Part shown: piece by piece, positions 23,801-62,944 of the stretch
How the letters are laid out: the number at the start of each line of letters is the position of its first letter
How positions within the stretch are numbered: position 1 is the first letter of the stretch
Assembly (NCBI GenBank): GCA_951406725.2
Contig: OX597838.1
Coordinates: 24,552,001 to 24,616,000, forward strand
Length of the DNA stretch: 64,000 nucleotides
Direction of reading: 5' to 3'
Source: Octopus vulgaris
Lineage: Eukaryota
The notes under the pieces: generated by a model
What the model saw: only the letters and a program-made list of their open reading frames with translations
What the model was told of the DNA's origin: nothing
Database searches by the model: none
Translations under genes and position numbers: made by a program

Positions 23801-25389
23801 ATATTCGAACCTGGGTTCTCATTCCGAAGGTATTTTTCAATGTTATTATTATTATTATTATTATTCAGGTCACTGCCTGGAATTGAACTCGGAATCTTGG
23901 GGTTAGTAGCCCGTGCTCTTAACCACTACGCCATATCCCCAAGACACCTGATGAAGGCTGGAGGGTACATCAGCCATAATGTTGTGTTAACAACAAACAA
24001 GATGACAAATATCCGTCAAACGTAAATAATGTATATTGAATCTCCTTGAGAACTACATTAAGGGTTTGCGTGTCTGCAGAGTGCTCAGCCACTTGCATGT
24101 TAATTTCATGAGCAGACTGTTCCACTGATCAAATCAACTGGAACACACGTTATCATAACTGGTTATTGGTGCCATTAGCAAATGCACTCAGTACTAAATG
24201 TATAAAGTGGATGGCAATAGGAAGGGCATTCAGCTGTAGAGACCAGACGATATGACACATACCATGCATCATTCTATGGGAACAGCAACTTCCAATAAGA
24301 AATAACTTACACTATAATGACCTGGTCGGTCCACACCAATATGGAAAGCAAATGGAAATTATGTACATTTATGAAAGGCTTATGTACATTTATTCATAAG
24401 TACACTATTATACCATGTTGGTATTGTAGCTTTTGATTGCAATATAAAAAGTATAAATTAAGGTAGTAAATTATAGTTTAATTAGAGTAAATGAAATGTT
24501 TATATCTTAAAGTAACAGGTTTAGTAATATTTATATTATTGTGGTACTGAAAAGGAGAATATCTTTTATCTTTTACTTGTTTCAGTCATTAGACTGCGGC
24601 CATGCTGGAGCATTGTCGTGAAGAATTTTAGTTGAACCACTTAACACCAGTACCTTTTTACTTTTAGCCTGGTACTTATTCAACTGATCTCTTATGCCAA
24701 ACTGCTACTGGTACTTTCTCCATTTTGACGGGATTTTTCCAATTTTTCTTTTACTGCAGCCTTTGAAATGATACGTGGGGAGGCATCTTTTCATAAAAAA
24801 ATGTTTTGGAAAATTTATGATTTTTTTCTCTCCCTACCCCTCCAGACCGATTTTGGCTAAACTTTTGGCATTATATATTTAAAAACCATGGGAGAAGCCT
24901 TTTCAATAAAAAAAAAAAAGGAAAAAAAATTGTAAATATTTTCAGGCAAAAAGGTGTGATTTAAGGGAGATTTTGGCTGTTTCCAGCACCTCTCACCACC
25001 ACCTTCCTCGTTTCTTAGTCACTCTCATATGTATTGATGGTTTTCAATATTTTTCTCTCTGTAAACATATTTATGCGAGTAATGGTAATTAAAGGGTGAA
25101 TCTACACTCTCTACAACTCCAGAACACGCGAACTGGGGCCTCACCGCGGGATGCAGTTTAATGTCACACCCAGGACATGCTTCTGTGTCACATACATGCA
25201 AACATGTATACATACACACACTTATACATTGATACTCACCTACAGCCATAGTATATTGAACAGTGGTTGTTGTGTCCACTGATGCCATACTGATCAAAGG
25301 TCAAGACCTGAGAAATAGAGAGATAGATAGATAACTGTGCAGGTAAATAGAAAGATATAGATATAACAGACAGAAAGATAACTATGCAC

Positions 25390-25428
<39 letters not shown>

Positions 25429-28400
25429 TATATATTAGGTTGTTTCACATGAAATGCATTTTAAATGGGTTTCTTATGAGTCATCTATAAATGGATTTTT
25501 AATGAGTTTCTATGTGTATGCTTGTGTTTACTCTTAACTAATTTTCTTTCTAGAAAATACTATTATTCAAAATTGCTACCCATAGCCCTTATGACAATGT
25601 TGACAACTGAACAATACCAAGTGATGTTCTTGTACGAATACAAGTTTGGTCACTCTGCCACCAAAGCTCTAGGAAATATCAAGTGGACTTGTGGTAACGA
25701 TTCTGTTGACATTAGAACTGTTTAGAGATAGTCCCAAAGATTTTGTTCAGGAAATGAAAGCCTTAAAAATGAACCAAGAGGGAAACCAAAATTAGTTATT
25801 TGGCATGATGAATTGAATGCTTTGGTTAAACGAAATCTGAGAGCACTGGTCCGAAAAATCAGATCAGAGCTCCAGACATCTCCTGCAACTGCTTCTCGAT
25901 ACTTGAAGAAAATTGGAAAAGTCAAAAAGATGGATAGGTTTGGTCCCTATCAACTTAATGAGATTCAAAGAAACAAATGCTTTACAGTGTGTGTCACACT
26001 GATTTCTCGGTCGGAAAACGAACCATTTTTGTATTGATTCATTACGTGTGATGAGAAATGGATACTCTTTGATAACAGCAGGAGGACAGGACAGTGGTTA
26101 GATGCAGGAGAATTACCAAAACACTACCCCAAAACCACCATTGCACCCTAAAAAGTTGATGGTTATTGTATGGTGATCAACAAAGAGGATTATTCATTAT
26201 TCATTTTTGCAACAAGGAAAAACTGAAACAGCAACATCCTATTGTCAGGAAATTGATTGTATGCATGAAAAATTTAAAATGAAGCAACCCAGATTAGTGA
26301 ATAGAGGTGGCCCAAATTTGCTTCATGATAATCCTCAGCCTCACACTTCTCAAGCTACAGTCCACAAGTTGCAAAGCCTGAATTATGAAATTTTTGCACA
26401 TCCTCCTTATTCTCCTCATATCTCTCCTACTGATTATCACATATTTAAACACTTTGAGCTTGCTATATGCAATAAAACAATCTTAAATAAGGAAGAGGTA
26501 ATTGAAGCATTCGAACAGTTTATCAGTGTAAAAGATGACAAATTTTTTGAAGGTGGAATATATGCCTTAGAAGAACACTGGATGAAGGTCATAAATGAAC
26601 AAGGATCATATTTTGATTAAATAAGTAAATATTCTAAAACTTAAAAAACAATTTTAATGTTTCCTTTTCAAATGCGACAATTCATGTGAGACAACCTAAT
26701 ATATATATATAAAGTTAATCCAAACATGAAAACACAAAGAGAAAACACAATAACGCGAGGACGTGGAACAAATATAGTATTATTGGACGCTCAGGAAGGA
26801 AGGGAAGAGAGAGAGACTTGTTGTATTTTCCAGCAAACAAGTTGATGTAATATGTAGTATAAATATTCAAATATTGTCATTATCTTTCAAATCCTGCTGC
26901 ATTTCACATGGTAATTTTGGAGTTTTGGTTGTCCAGAGTTGTTTTGGTGTATAAGCAAGCCTAACATTTTTTCACTTAAATTCAACTTGTATGCTGGAAA
27001 ATATGGTATATAAATTTCTAAAATTGGCATACAAGTTCACAAATATATACATTCCTTTTTTAATTTGCTTCAATTGTTTGATTGTGGCCATGCTGAAGCT
27101 CTGCCTTTAGTCAAAGGAATCAACCCCCCACCCCCAGGACTTATTCTTTGTAAGCCTAGTACTTATTCTAGTGGTCTCTTTTGTGGAACTGCTAAGTCAT
27201 GGGGAGGTAAACACACCAACATCGGTTGTCAAATGAAGTTCTTCAAAGTGGTGTCCCAGCATGGCCACAATCTAATGACTGAAACAAAGCCAAAACAAAA
27301 ATATATGTATCATCATCATCGTCATCAATAACAACATTTAATGTCTGTTTTCCATGCTGGCACGGGTTGGACTGGACAGCTTGACAGGAACCGGCAAGGC
27401 CGGGGGCAGTACCAGGCTCCATAATCTGTTTTGGCTTGGTTTCTATAGATGGATGCCCTTCCTAATGCCAACCACATTACATAGTGTACTGGGTGTTTTT
27501 TTACATGGCACCATCACCAATACTTTTTATGTGGCACCAGAACCCACACCAATATTGCGCCATGAAGTGGTCCAAAACCACACTTCTGGGAAGTGAGCTT
27601 ACAGCCATACCTGTATGTAGGTAGAGGGTGTAGAAGCTAGTTCCTTGATGCAAAGCAGAAGTGCTATCCGGACCTTAGATACCTTTAATGAGATTCATGC
27701 CTTAGAAGCATTTGGTCAAGGTCCCCAACTGAAGGATAACTTCCTCCCCACATCCCATTTGTCTGAGAAGAGCTGAAAAGATCTGTGGTTGTTGCCTCTG
27801 CTCTTCTGACTAAAGATCAAAAAAAAATACTGACAGAATGGGAAGTCCTACTTTTGAGAAAAAAGGCTTGTTGGAACATAAAAAAAATGAATTTAGGCAT
27901 AGTTGTGTGGGAAGTTTGCTTCCCAATCTCCCCACCACATGGCTTTGGGTTCAATCCCACTGCGTAGTACCTTGGGCAAGTGTTTTGCACTTGCCTCAAG
28001 CTAACCAAACCATTCTGAGGGGTTTTGGTAGATGAAAACTGAAAAAAGTCCATTGTGGGTGCATGTGTTTGTGTGTATAAAAAAAGGGTCAAAGGCCCTT
28101 CCTGAGCCATTGGCTCATAAGGCCGGTTTCTGAATTCTGTAGCATATCTCCCACCTGGACAGGACTCCAGGCCCTTGCAGGATTACTCACTTTTGCCAGC
28201 TGAGTGTACCGGAGCAACATGAAATGAAAGTCCAGGGATCAAAAACCATAATCTTATGATCACAAGTGCAACACCCTAACCACTAAGCCACTTGTTTCCA
28301 CATACACACACATTTGTGTGTGTGTGTGTTACAATCTCCTTCCCTGGACATCACGTGACAGCTGTGAGGGTCACCATCATGCATGAGGTGCTCTACATTT

Positions 28401-29707
28401 CCAAACTCTCATGGAAAGATGTCATGTCTGACCATGGGGGGAAATATTACTTTACTCGGAAACAGGAAAGGTTTGGCAACAGAAAGAGCATCCAGCTGTA
28501 GAAAAATATCCACTTCAACAAATCCTGTCCAATCTGTGCAAGCGTAGAAATGTGGAGATTCAAACAATGATGACGGTGATGATGATGATGAATTTGCATA
28601 AATGTGTAAACTTACCACATCAGGTTTTATTATGAGCAAATGTTTGAGAATGATCCGTGCAACAAGCTCTTCGTTCCAGATCCGAGAAGGATCATCTGGA
28701 AAACAACTGGAAATATTCATTAGAATTGCCAAAAACATAAAAACAAAACAAAAGTAAAAATAAAAAAATAAATAAAAACAACCTCATCATCATTGTTTCA
28801 CGTCCGCTTTCCATGCTAGCATGGGTTGGACGATTTGACTGAGGACTGGCGAACCAGACGGCTGCACCAGGCTCCAATCTTGATCTGGCAGGGTTTCTAC
28901 AGCTGGATGCCCTTCCTAACGCCAACCACTCTGAGAGTGTAGTGGGTGCTTTTACGTGCCACCAGCACGAGGGCCAGTCAGGCAGTACTGGCAACAGCCA
29001 CGAAAATAACATGCTTTTTTATCTTTTTATGTGTCATCTGCACAAGTGCCAGTAAGGCGACGATGGTAACGATCACGCTCAAATGGTGCTTTTTATGTGC
29101 CACCGGCACGAACACCAGTTAGCCGCTCTGGCAATGATCACGCTTGGATGTGATTTCATATTCAATCCTACTGCACTGTGTAACATGTCTTCTAACTGTG
29201 TAACTTGTGAGTGAAATTACCTGTTATATGTTACCAATTGTGATGGTAGATGCAGTAATTTGTTTTGAGATGCTAGCAAAATGCAATGGGTGTTGATGTT
29301 GAAGATGTGAAAGAAGATGTGAAAGTTGATGTTGACACCAAATTTTATTTGCCGTTATTGTATGTAAAGCCATACCACGATGGGCTGGCATGCATAACAT
29401 AATCGAAAGTTAATTTTTCCTTGTATAAGGGTGTATAATGTTCTTGTCAGTGTAGTAGTAGTAAAAAGATAGTGATAGAGTGATACTCTCTCTTTACTCT
29501 TTTACTTGTTTCAGTCATTTGACTGCAGCCATGCTGGAGCACCGCCTTTAGTCGAGCAAATCGACCCCGGGACTTATTCTTTGTAAGCCCTGTACTTATT
29601 CTATTGGTCTCTTTTGCCGAACCGCTAAGTGACGGGGACATAAACACACCAGCATCGGTTGTCAAGCAATGCTAGAGGGACAAACACAGACACACAAACA
29701 TATACAC

Positions 29708-29780
<73 letters not shown>

Positions 29781-32700
29781 TACGACAGGCTTCTTCAGTT
29801 TCCGTCTACCAAATCCACTCACAAGGCTTTGGTTGGCCCGAGGCTATAGCAGAAGACACTTGCCCAAGATGTCACGCAGTGGGACTGAACTCGGAACCAT
29901 GTGGTTGGTTAGCAAGCTACTTGCCACACAGCCACTCCTGCGCCAATAGAGTGATGTTTGTTAGAAGAGAAAGATGAGAGAGAGTAGAGGGAAATTATAT
30001 CATAGTGGCTGGTTGTTTTCTTTTTCCCTCTGGTTGTTTGCCTCTAGCTGTTTGTCAGCTGGGTGCTTCTCACTAACTTTTTCTTATGGAATTTTAGTAT
30101 TTATAATTATGCAGACTAGCTAGAAAAAGAGGTATATAGTCGAGAACAATGGGAAGCTTGAAGTAGGTTGCTCCTTATCTAATTGCAACTTTTGATGGCA
30201 TAGAAGAGGTTAGAAGTTAAACAGAAAATACATAAACTGATTTGGCAAAGCCATGTGTTGAATGTAACTCCAATCAACAATTGTTTTTCTGTGTGAAAAA
30301 TGCTGTCGAAATGTTATGGAAAATTTGCTGATTCAGGTTCAAATCTACTCTATGCCTACATATATTACGGAGATGTACTTGCATAGCGAGTGACTTGATC
30401 TGAGATCGTGTGCTGGAATGAAAACAATTGCAGCGTGAAAGGTATTTATAAGCCATTTAAGAAACACACAAAACTGTTAGATTCACTTCAACATTTAAAT
30501 TTAATTTGTCAAAATATTTTCGTCGCTTTGAGACTGCGACCTGTCCACTAAAGCGAATCTAACGGTTTTGTGTGTTTCTTAAGTGGCTTATAAACACCTT
30601 CCACGCTGCAATTGTATATATATATATATATATATTCCAAATTTGCAGAAACCAAGAGACAAAGACAGGTGTAGGAACAACAAGCAGGTGTATTAGTTTA
30701 ATGCTCAGGCAAAATGGAAAAGTCTTTTATGTTTTGAGCCTATGCTCTTTAACTGAAAGGATTAAGAGGAAAAAAATGTGTGGAGATTGACTGTTCAACA
30801 TGAGTCAACCTAGCTAAAACCAAAATCCTGATAAGTAGGAAGGCAGACAAACCACAAATCCCTTCAGGTAGATGGCCCTGCTCGATCTGTAGAAAAGGAG
30901 TAGAAACTTTATAAGATGTACCCAGTGTAAGCTATGGACACATAAGAGGTGCAGCAATATCACCTAAGGCTAACTGGGAAGATAGTTTTTGTATGTGGAA
31001 GATGCTCAGGAGCAATAAACACTGAAAATGTGCAGAGAACAACTTCTGCCACATTCCAGGGAGAAAAACTAGAAGTAGTTGATAGCTTCTGCTACCTAGG
31101 TGACCGAGTCAGTAGTGAGGGTGGGTGCTCTGAAAGTGTAGCTGCTAGAATAGGAATAGCCTGGCCAAAGTTCAGAGAGCTCCTACCTCTGCTGGTGACA
31201 AAGGGCCTCTTGCACAGAGTAAAAGGTAGACTGTATGATGCATGTGTACAAACAGCCATGCTACATGGCAGTGAAACATGGGCTGTGACTGCTGAGGACA
31301 TGCGTAAGCTTGCAAGGAATGAAGCCAGTATGCTCCGATGGATGTGTAATGTCAGTGTGCATACTCAACAGAGTGTAAGTGCCTTGAGAGAAAAGCTGGA
31401 CCTAAGCAGCATCAGATGTGGTGTGCAAGAGAGATGACTGCGCTGGTATGGTCATGTGTCAAAGAACCAAGGAGGGTATCAGATGATCGTGAGATGTGCT
31501 AAAAACAATAGCTAAATTGTCCTTAAATCACACACAGGAAATTTTTTTGCAAATTTGAATTCCTGTGTGTTGAAGACAAATTCATAAAAATTTTCTGAAA
31601 ATTCCCCAATACAAAAGAGTTATAAAGGGTTATCTGGGAGTGCTTAAACCAGAATTAGAAACAATTGTAGGAGAATACTTACCTGTCACCAACTAACTGT
31701 ACATTATTTTCTTGTATTCCTAGAATTCTGCAGCTGTCATAAAGTTCCTTTTTTCTTGTATCTGCCAACTGCATGTAAGTACCTGGTGGGGATAAGATTA
31801 AAAATAAGAATTAAACAATGGTTTCAAATTTTGGCACAAGGCCAGCAACTTTGGGGGTGGTTTAGATGACTACACAACCATGAATGCCACCCTTATGGAT
31901 GCATTGCAGGTACTCTCTTGCTAGAGTTTGGTGATCCTGACCATTGATCTTCTGGGATTCCTCTGCTCAGCATCAATGTAAGAAGCACTGTTGAATCATT
32001 TGAGCTCTTCCGCTACATCTTCACAATCCATCAAGCTGCAGTTCCATGACATTGCTGTATTCTTGGCAGAGTGGCTAAACAGCTGCTCTTTCTTGCCAAA
32101 GGCCAACCTGTAACTGTGTAGGGCAATGTCATCACTCTGTAAGGTATCCTCAAAATACCTGCATACCCAATTAGTGAAACAAAAGCAGTAAATTTCTACA
32201 GAAATATGGTATCAAAAGGGTTATTGTTCAAAAGAAGGAATTAACAAGTTATTAAGCCGAAGATGAGTTCAGGCCAAATAAGCAGACTTTTGATCAAAGG
32301 TGTATGGTTCCAGATATGACCATCCATATTTAACCCTTTAACACTTAAACTGAACATGCCTGACAAAAATAGTCTATCTGTTTTATTTTCAAACTGACTA
32401 GATCTGATGTCTTACACCTACCCTACAATGTCATTCTAAAAACAAATAATCTCATCATCGAAATCCAGAAGTTATAAGATGATGCATGATGAATTCAAAA
32501 CAATATGTATAAATAAGCATTGCATTTGACAGAATAATCTGAATGCTAAAGCATTAAATAGTCATCATCATCGTTTAACGTCTGCTTTCCATGCTAGCAT
32601 GGGTTGGAAATTGGTGAATTTGCAGAGTTGTTAAAAGTATCAGATAAAATTTCTTGCGAAATTTCTACCAGCTTTTTTTGTTACAGAGTAAATTCCTGTT

Positions 32701-33539
32701 GAGGTCAACTTAGTATTTTAATCTTTTTGGGTTGATAGGGTACATTTTTTTTTTATCTCTTATCTTTTACATGTTTCAGTCATTTGACTGCGGTCATGGG
32801 CGAGGCGGGTGGGGGGGGGGGTAGTTGAAGAATTTTTTTACTTATTTTTATAAAGCCTGGTACTTATTCTATCGGATACTTTTGCTAAACCGCTAAGCTG
32901 CAGGAACACAAACCCTCCAACACCAGCTGTCAAGCAGAGGTGGGGAACAAACACAGACACACACGACGGGCTTCTTTCAGTTTCCGTTTACCAAGTCCAC
33001 CCATAAAGCATTGGTCGGCCATAGGCTATAGCAGAAAATTGAACCGAGAACCATGTTGTTATGAAGCAAATATCTTACAACACAACCACTCCTGCGTCTA
33101 TGAGCATTTTAAAAAACATATATACATACAAACATATACACACATATAGTTTTAGTATAATTCGGGTGAAAACCTCGTAGAGTGCATTTAAGAGATCATA
33201 TGTCGTTATTTGGCTCCCACATGTTATCCTACAGTAGGAAATACTCCAGGGTTCGATACACATGCAGAATCCCTCTTTGCCAAAGATCAATACAAGGATA
33301 ACATAACAGGAAGGTGGAGAATATCAGGCTTTAATAGGAGATCACAAACATTTGTTTCTGCACCGCACAACTTTCAGGTGCTGAGTTTATATTCACATAC
33401 CATTACAGAAGATAGTTCTAATTATTAAAATATATTTGAATATTTTTCAGCAACAGCCGTGTGCGGGCGCTTCAACAGAAATTCGCCTCCGTATTTGTAT
33501 GGAGTCTTGTAGTTCATCGCGTCTGGTGAATCAACACAA

Positions 33540-33609
<70 letters not shown>

Positions 33610-34451
33610 CATGGTCAAACCTTTGATCATAAGGCTGCTAGACTAAGCGTAACTTGGGGTTAAAGGTGATTGAAAAATCTTCTGAGAAGGAAATGCCGCA
33701 TCAATGATATGTAAAAAATGAATTGAAGTAAAGAAAATATCAATACTTTTTAACGTTTTGAAAATTATTAAGTGTTATATAACAAATATAATCATTAAGC
33801 ATTAGTACTGTTTTTAATTGTTAATTTTATTTATTTATTTATTTCGAGAATTAATGAAACAAGTTCGATGAGCTCATCGCAAAATAATACAATCCTGATG
33901 TAAGAATTAGAGTAGAGGTACAACAGTAAAAATTTCAAGTTTTCGTGTTTCTTTGTTTTTTATTTATTTATTTATTATTATTGTTTTTTGGGTTTTTTTA
34001 CATTAGAATAAAAATATGGCAAAATTTGCACAAATTGTAAATTTAAGATGCAAAACACAGTTATTTCCTACAATTACGTTCGGCGATGAAAACAAGAAGA
34101 AATTTTAAGAAAAAATTTGAATTCGAGATAAATGTAAATTTCTTACATAAACACTATCAAAGGCAATGTAGTTATGTGTGTGTGTGTGTGTATTAATGAT
34201 ATATACTGACCGTCAGATAAGCATAAAACCGAAACATGCTTCTGTCTTCGAATGAAATCAAAAATAGAAGGGGAGAAAAACATGCATTCATCATCCGGAT
34301 GAGCTGTTACAACTAACAAATGCTGCCATTTATCGGCTTGTTTGCGCCAGGCTCCGCTTTTAAAATGCGATAACAATAAATAAATGAGAAAACTGATGCA
34401 CACGAACGGGATAAACACCGAGAGAAAGTGCAGGAAGACACCCCACAACAT
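17750..34451 (-). CDS. PIGL: N-acetylglucosaminyl-phosphatidylinositol de-N-acetylase (GPI biosynthesis step 2), complete, 7 exons, 261 aa
   Basis: Exons 34211-34451, 31683-31782, 28616-28706, 25240-25307, 22920-22951, 19166-19296, 17750-17872 total 786 nt in frame. The protein has an N-terminal hydrophobic anchor, AHPDDE and GHNNH metal-binding motifs, FPDDP, LTFD, LRKY and a C-terminal FSRYMLIN. Confidence 0.96.
19166..19296 (-). CDS. PIGL: PIGL exon 6
   Basis: tttacag / gtaagc; GINFYSLETTNILRKYVSFLDIPLSTVLTSKCYISTISAAIRAV. Confidence 0.92.
19580..19950 (+). repeat. About 99-bp tandem repeat, roughly 3.7 units
   Basis: aaagca(cc)cagtccacactgtgaagtggttggcattttgaagggcatccagctgtaaaaaccatgccaaaactgacctcacc recurring near 19600, 19700, 19800 and 19900. 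Confidence 0.9.
22108..22583. mobile_element. Two adjacent piggyBac-type MITEs (family A, about 225 bp)
   Basis: TTAA-CCCTTTTGTTAC...G(T/A)(A/T)ACAAAAGGG-TTAA termini; further copies at 12483-12712, 36636-36864, 37440-37590 and 52438-52997 (interrupted). Confidence 0.8.
22920..22951 (-). CDS. PIGL: PIGL exon 5 (32-bp micro-exon)
   Basis: ttttcag / gtatgt; RKLLQDGRAPS; needed to restore phase between exons 4 and 6. Confidence 0.88.
23224..23303 (-). pseudogene. tRNA-like (Thr-CGT-like) pseudogene or SINE head
   Basis: GGCAGTT-TAGCTTAATTGG...CCATGA-CACGTAA-TCACGG...GTGAG-TTCAAGT-CTCAT...GGCTGCCA then T7; insertion before the acceptor 3' strand. Confidence 0.5.
23644..24032 (-). mobile_element. 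Same palindromic hammerhead element, copy 2 (rearranged)
   Basis: Same AGTTCTATATTTAAGAGATGAGG terminus; tRNA head at about 23868-23935(-); inverted arm with CTGATGA core and GAAA mutated; TSD atattgaatctc at 23632-23643 and 24033-24044. Confidence 0.75.
25240..25307 (-). CDS. PIGL: PIGL exon 4
   Basis: tctcag / gtgagt; VLTFDQYGISGHNNHCSIYYGC. Confidence 0.93.
25435..26699 (+). mobile_element. Full-length mariner (DD34D) with TIRs, pseudogenised, in PIGL intron 3
   Basis: TIR ttaggttgtttcacatgaa...ttcatgtgagacaacctaa, TA on both sides, 1265 bp; ITCDEKWILFDN, LLHDNPQPH, HPPYSPHISPTDY; several stops and one frameshift. Confidence 0.92.
28616..28706 (-). CDS. PIGL: PIGL exon 3
   Basis: ttccag / gtaagt; CFPDDPSRIWNEELVARIILKHLLIIKPDV. 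Confidence 0.93.
30790..31460 (+). mobile_element. RTE-type LINE fragment with an internal Cys-rich finger
   Basis: WPCSIC...CTQCKLWTHKRC...VCGRC, LEVVDSFCYLGD, AMLHGSETW, LRWYGHV. Confidence 0.85.
31683..31782 (-). CDS. PIGL: PIGL exon 2
   Basis: caccag / gtaagt; GTYMQLADTRKKELYDSCRILGIQENNVQLVGD. Confidence 0.92.
34211..34451 (-). CDS. PIGL: PIGL exon 1
   Basis: ATG...LLVVTAHPDDECMFFSPSI...VSVLCLSD; donor gtcagt. Confidence 0.93.
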
Positions 34452-34760
34452 GACAACAAGAAGGAGGTTTGTCTTCCTCTCAAAAATTAACCGAATGCGT
34501 TGAAATCGTGTTGAACCGACTGTGCGGTGAAGAATGAAAATGTGTCGCTAATTATTAAAATGACCGGTTTTTAAAAAAAATGTTATCTTGCGATATTTAA
34601 ATTTCTTTTGCTAGAATTTTTATCTGAAACTGTATATTGAAACCAGCGTTTACTATATTTTTGAAAAAGCCATAGTTCATAAAGCCTATAAACACGCTGG
34701 CAAGTGTGATTATAGTCTTCGAAAATATAAGAGGCTTTTTAAAATACTTTTTATCTTTTG
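34452..34760 (-). promoter_or_regulatory. PIGL 5'UTR/promoter region
   Basis: Repeat-free sequence upstream of the ATG that retains CpG (as does 33150-34450), in contrast to the CpG-poor introns; judged by eye. Confidence 0.5.
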
Positions 34761-36975
34761 ATTTTGAATCTGTTTTGCGAGAATTCTGATTTCAGAATAT
34801 TATTGGCATACTCCTCATCGAATTTTTTCCATATAATTTTCAGAAAAATTGTTATTATCTACCTACCAATCCATCCATCCATCCATCCATCTACTTACCT
34901 GTCTATTGATCCATCTACCTACTTTTATATCCAAAACCCTATTATAGCAAATAAAATTTTCTTATACCTTCATCTATTTTACTGCCTTTTGTTGTCTTTC
35001 TTTTCTCTTCTATTATCTTCTTTTATTGTTTTTTCTTATCTCTTCTTCTAATGGCATTATCTTGTTATCTCACTAGAATCCATAGGTTTCTATATGATGT
35101 CTTTAAAAAAAAATTTTTTCAATACATTGCTTTTCCTATTTCTGCTCTTGTTTTGCCACCTTTCTGTTTTGGTTATGGATATGTTCACGTTTCCTAATGT
35201 CATCATCATTAACATCACCATCATTCAAAATCCATTTTCCATGCTAGCGTGCGTTAGATGGTTGAACTGGAGTTGGTAAACCAGACAGCTGCACTAGGTT
35301 CCAGCCATCTATTTTGGCTTGCTTTCCATGGTTGAATACCTTTCCTAATGCCAACCACTTTAAAACAAAGTGTACTGGATGTCTTTTACATGCCACTGGT
35401 ATACTCTTTTAGTCTTTTACTGGTTTCAGTCATTTGACTGTGGCCATGCTGGAGCACCACCTTTAGTCAAGCAAATCGACTAGTACTTATTCTATCAGTC
35501 TCTTTTACCGAACCACTAAGTTACGGGGACATAAACACACCAGCATTGGTTGTCAAGCGATGTTGGGGGTGGGGACAAACACAGACACACAAACATATAC
35601 ACACACACACATATATATACACATATACGATGGGCTTCTTTCAGTTTCCGTCTATCAAATCCACTCACAAGGCTTTGGTCAGCCCGAGGCTATAGTAGAA
35701 GACACTTGCCCAAGGTGCCATGTGGTTTGTAAGCAAACTACTTATCACACAGCCACTCGCGTGCCTTTTACATGTCAGTGGCACAGGTGCCTTTTTTCAT
35801 GTCACTGGCATGGGTACCTTTAATGTGACACTGGCACTGGCCACAACCACAATTTTACTTAGATTGATGTATCTTCTCAAGCACAGCAAATCGCCAGAAG
35901 TCTCAGTCACTTGTCAGCACCTCTGTGAAACTTGGCAACTGATGATCATAAAAACAGGTAAAGACCCCCTTTGGTTATGAAGGGCCATGAGATTGCACCT
36001 AGAAATTTTCCCTCCATGGCACAAGTCCGAGCAAGGTTGTTTATGGAGGATCAGCAGTCACCCATGCATACCAGCCTCCTCTCTCCATGCCACCAATATT
36101 CTTTTCAGCTCTAGGCACAAGGCCCAAAATTTTTTGGGCGGGGGCCAGTTGATTAGATCGATCCCCAGGACGCAACTGGTACTTAATTTATTGACTCCGA
36201 AAGCATGAAAGGCAAAGGTGACCTTGGTGGAATTTGAACTCAGAACGTAATGACAGATGAAATGCTGCTAAGCATTTCGCCTGGTGTGCTAACATTTCTT
36301 ATTTCTTTACTGCCCACAAAGGGCTACACACAGAGGGGACAAACAAGGACAGACAAAGGGATTAAGCCGATTACATCAACTGGTACTTAATTTATTGACC
36401 CCAAAAGGATGAAAGGCAAAGTCAACCTCAGCGGAATTTGAACTCAGAACATAACGGCAGATGAAATACCGCTAAGCATTTCCCCCGGTGTGCTAACATT
36501 TCTGCCAGCTCACTGTCCTAAGACTTCCTTCTTGATGATGACATGAGCATGGCAAAGGGGCACATATCAAAGCTTTAGATAAAAACATTGGTCAAAAACA
36601 AAATTCACCAGAAAATAAAATGGATTACTGTGGATTAAACCTTTTGTCACTATATTTCTATTGAGATGCTCTGTGTTTCTTTCAATTAATTTTAAGTATA
36701 ACAAAGAATTTAGTAAAATAATTTTGTTATCATTAAGCTAGTTTTAGGAACATAAATTATGACTATGGTTTGGTGGAAGATTTTAATTCGGAGCTTTTGA
36801 AATCAGAGCTTTTGTACTACAGAGCCAGAGGCGGTTTCAGGTGGATTGATATCAAAAGGGTTAAACATACACATACACACACACACACACAAATAGAAAA
36901 AAAAAAAGAGAATAAAAGAAAGGAAAAAACTGACAGAAATCTTCATAAGACTCATTCTCAAAAGTGAATATTCTG

Positions 36976-36981
36976 TTTATT
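36976..36981 (-). terminator. Probable CFAP251 polyadenylation signal
   Basis: AATAAA on the minus strand 35 nt after the stop, followed by a T-rich tract at about 36897-36930. Confidence 0.6.
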
Positions 36982-37016
36982 CAGAGATGATGGGAAAGAA
37001 CGAAAAGTTTACAGAA

Positions 37017-62875
<25,859 letters not shown>

Positions 62876-62944
62876 CTGCAAAAAGAAGGACAAGAGAGAA
62901 CCTTATTTAGATGAGTGGATGTGCTTGTGTGTGGGTGTGTGGTA

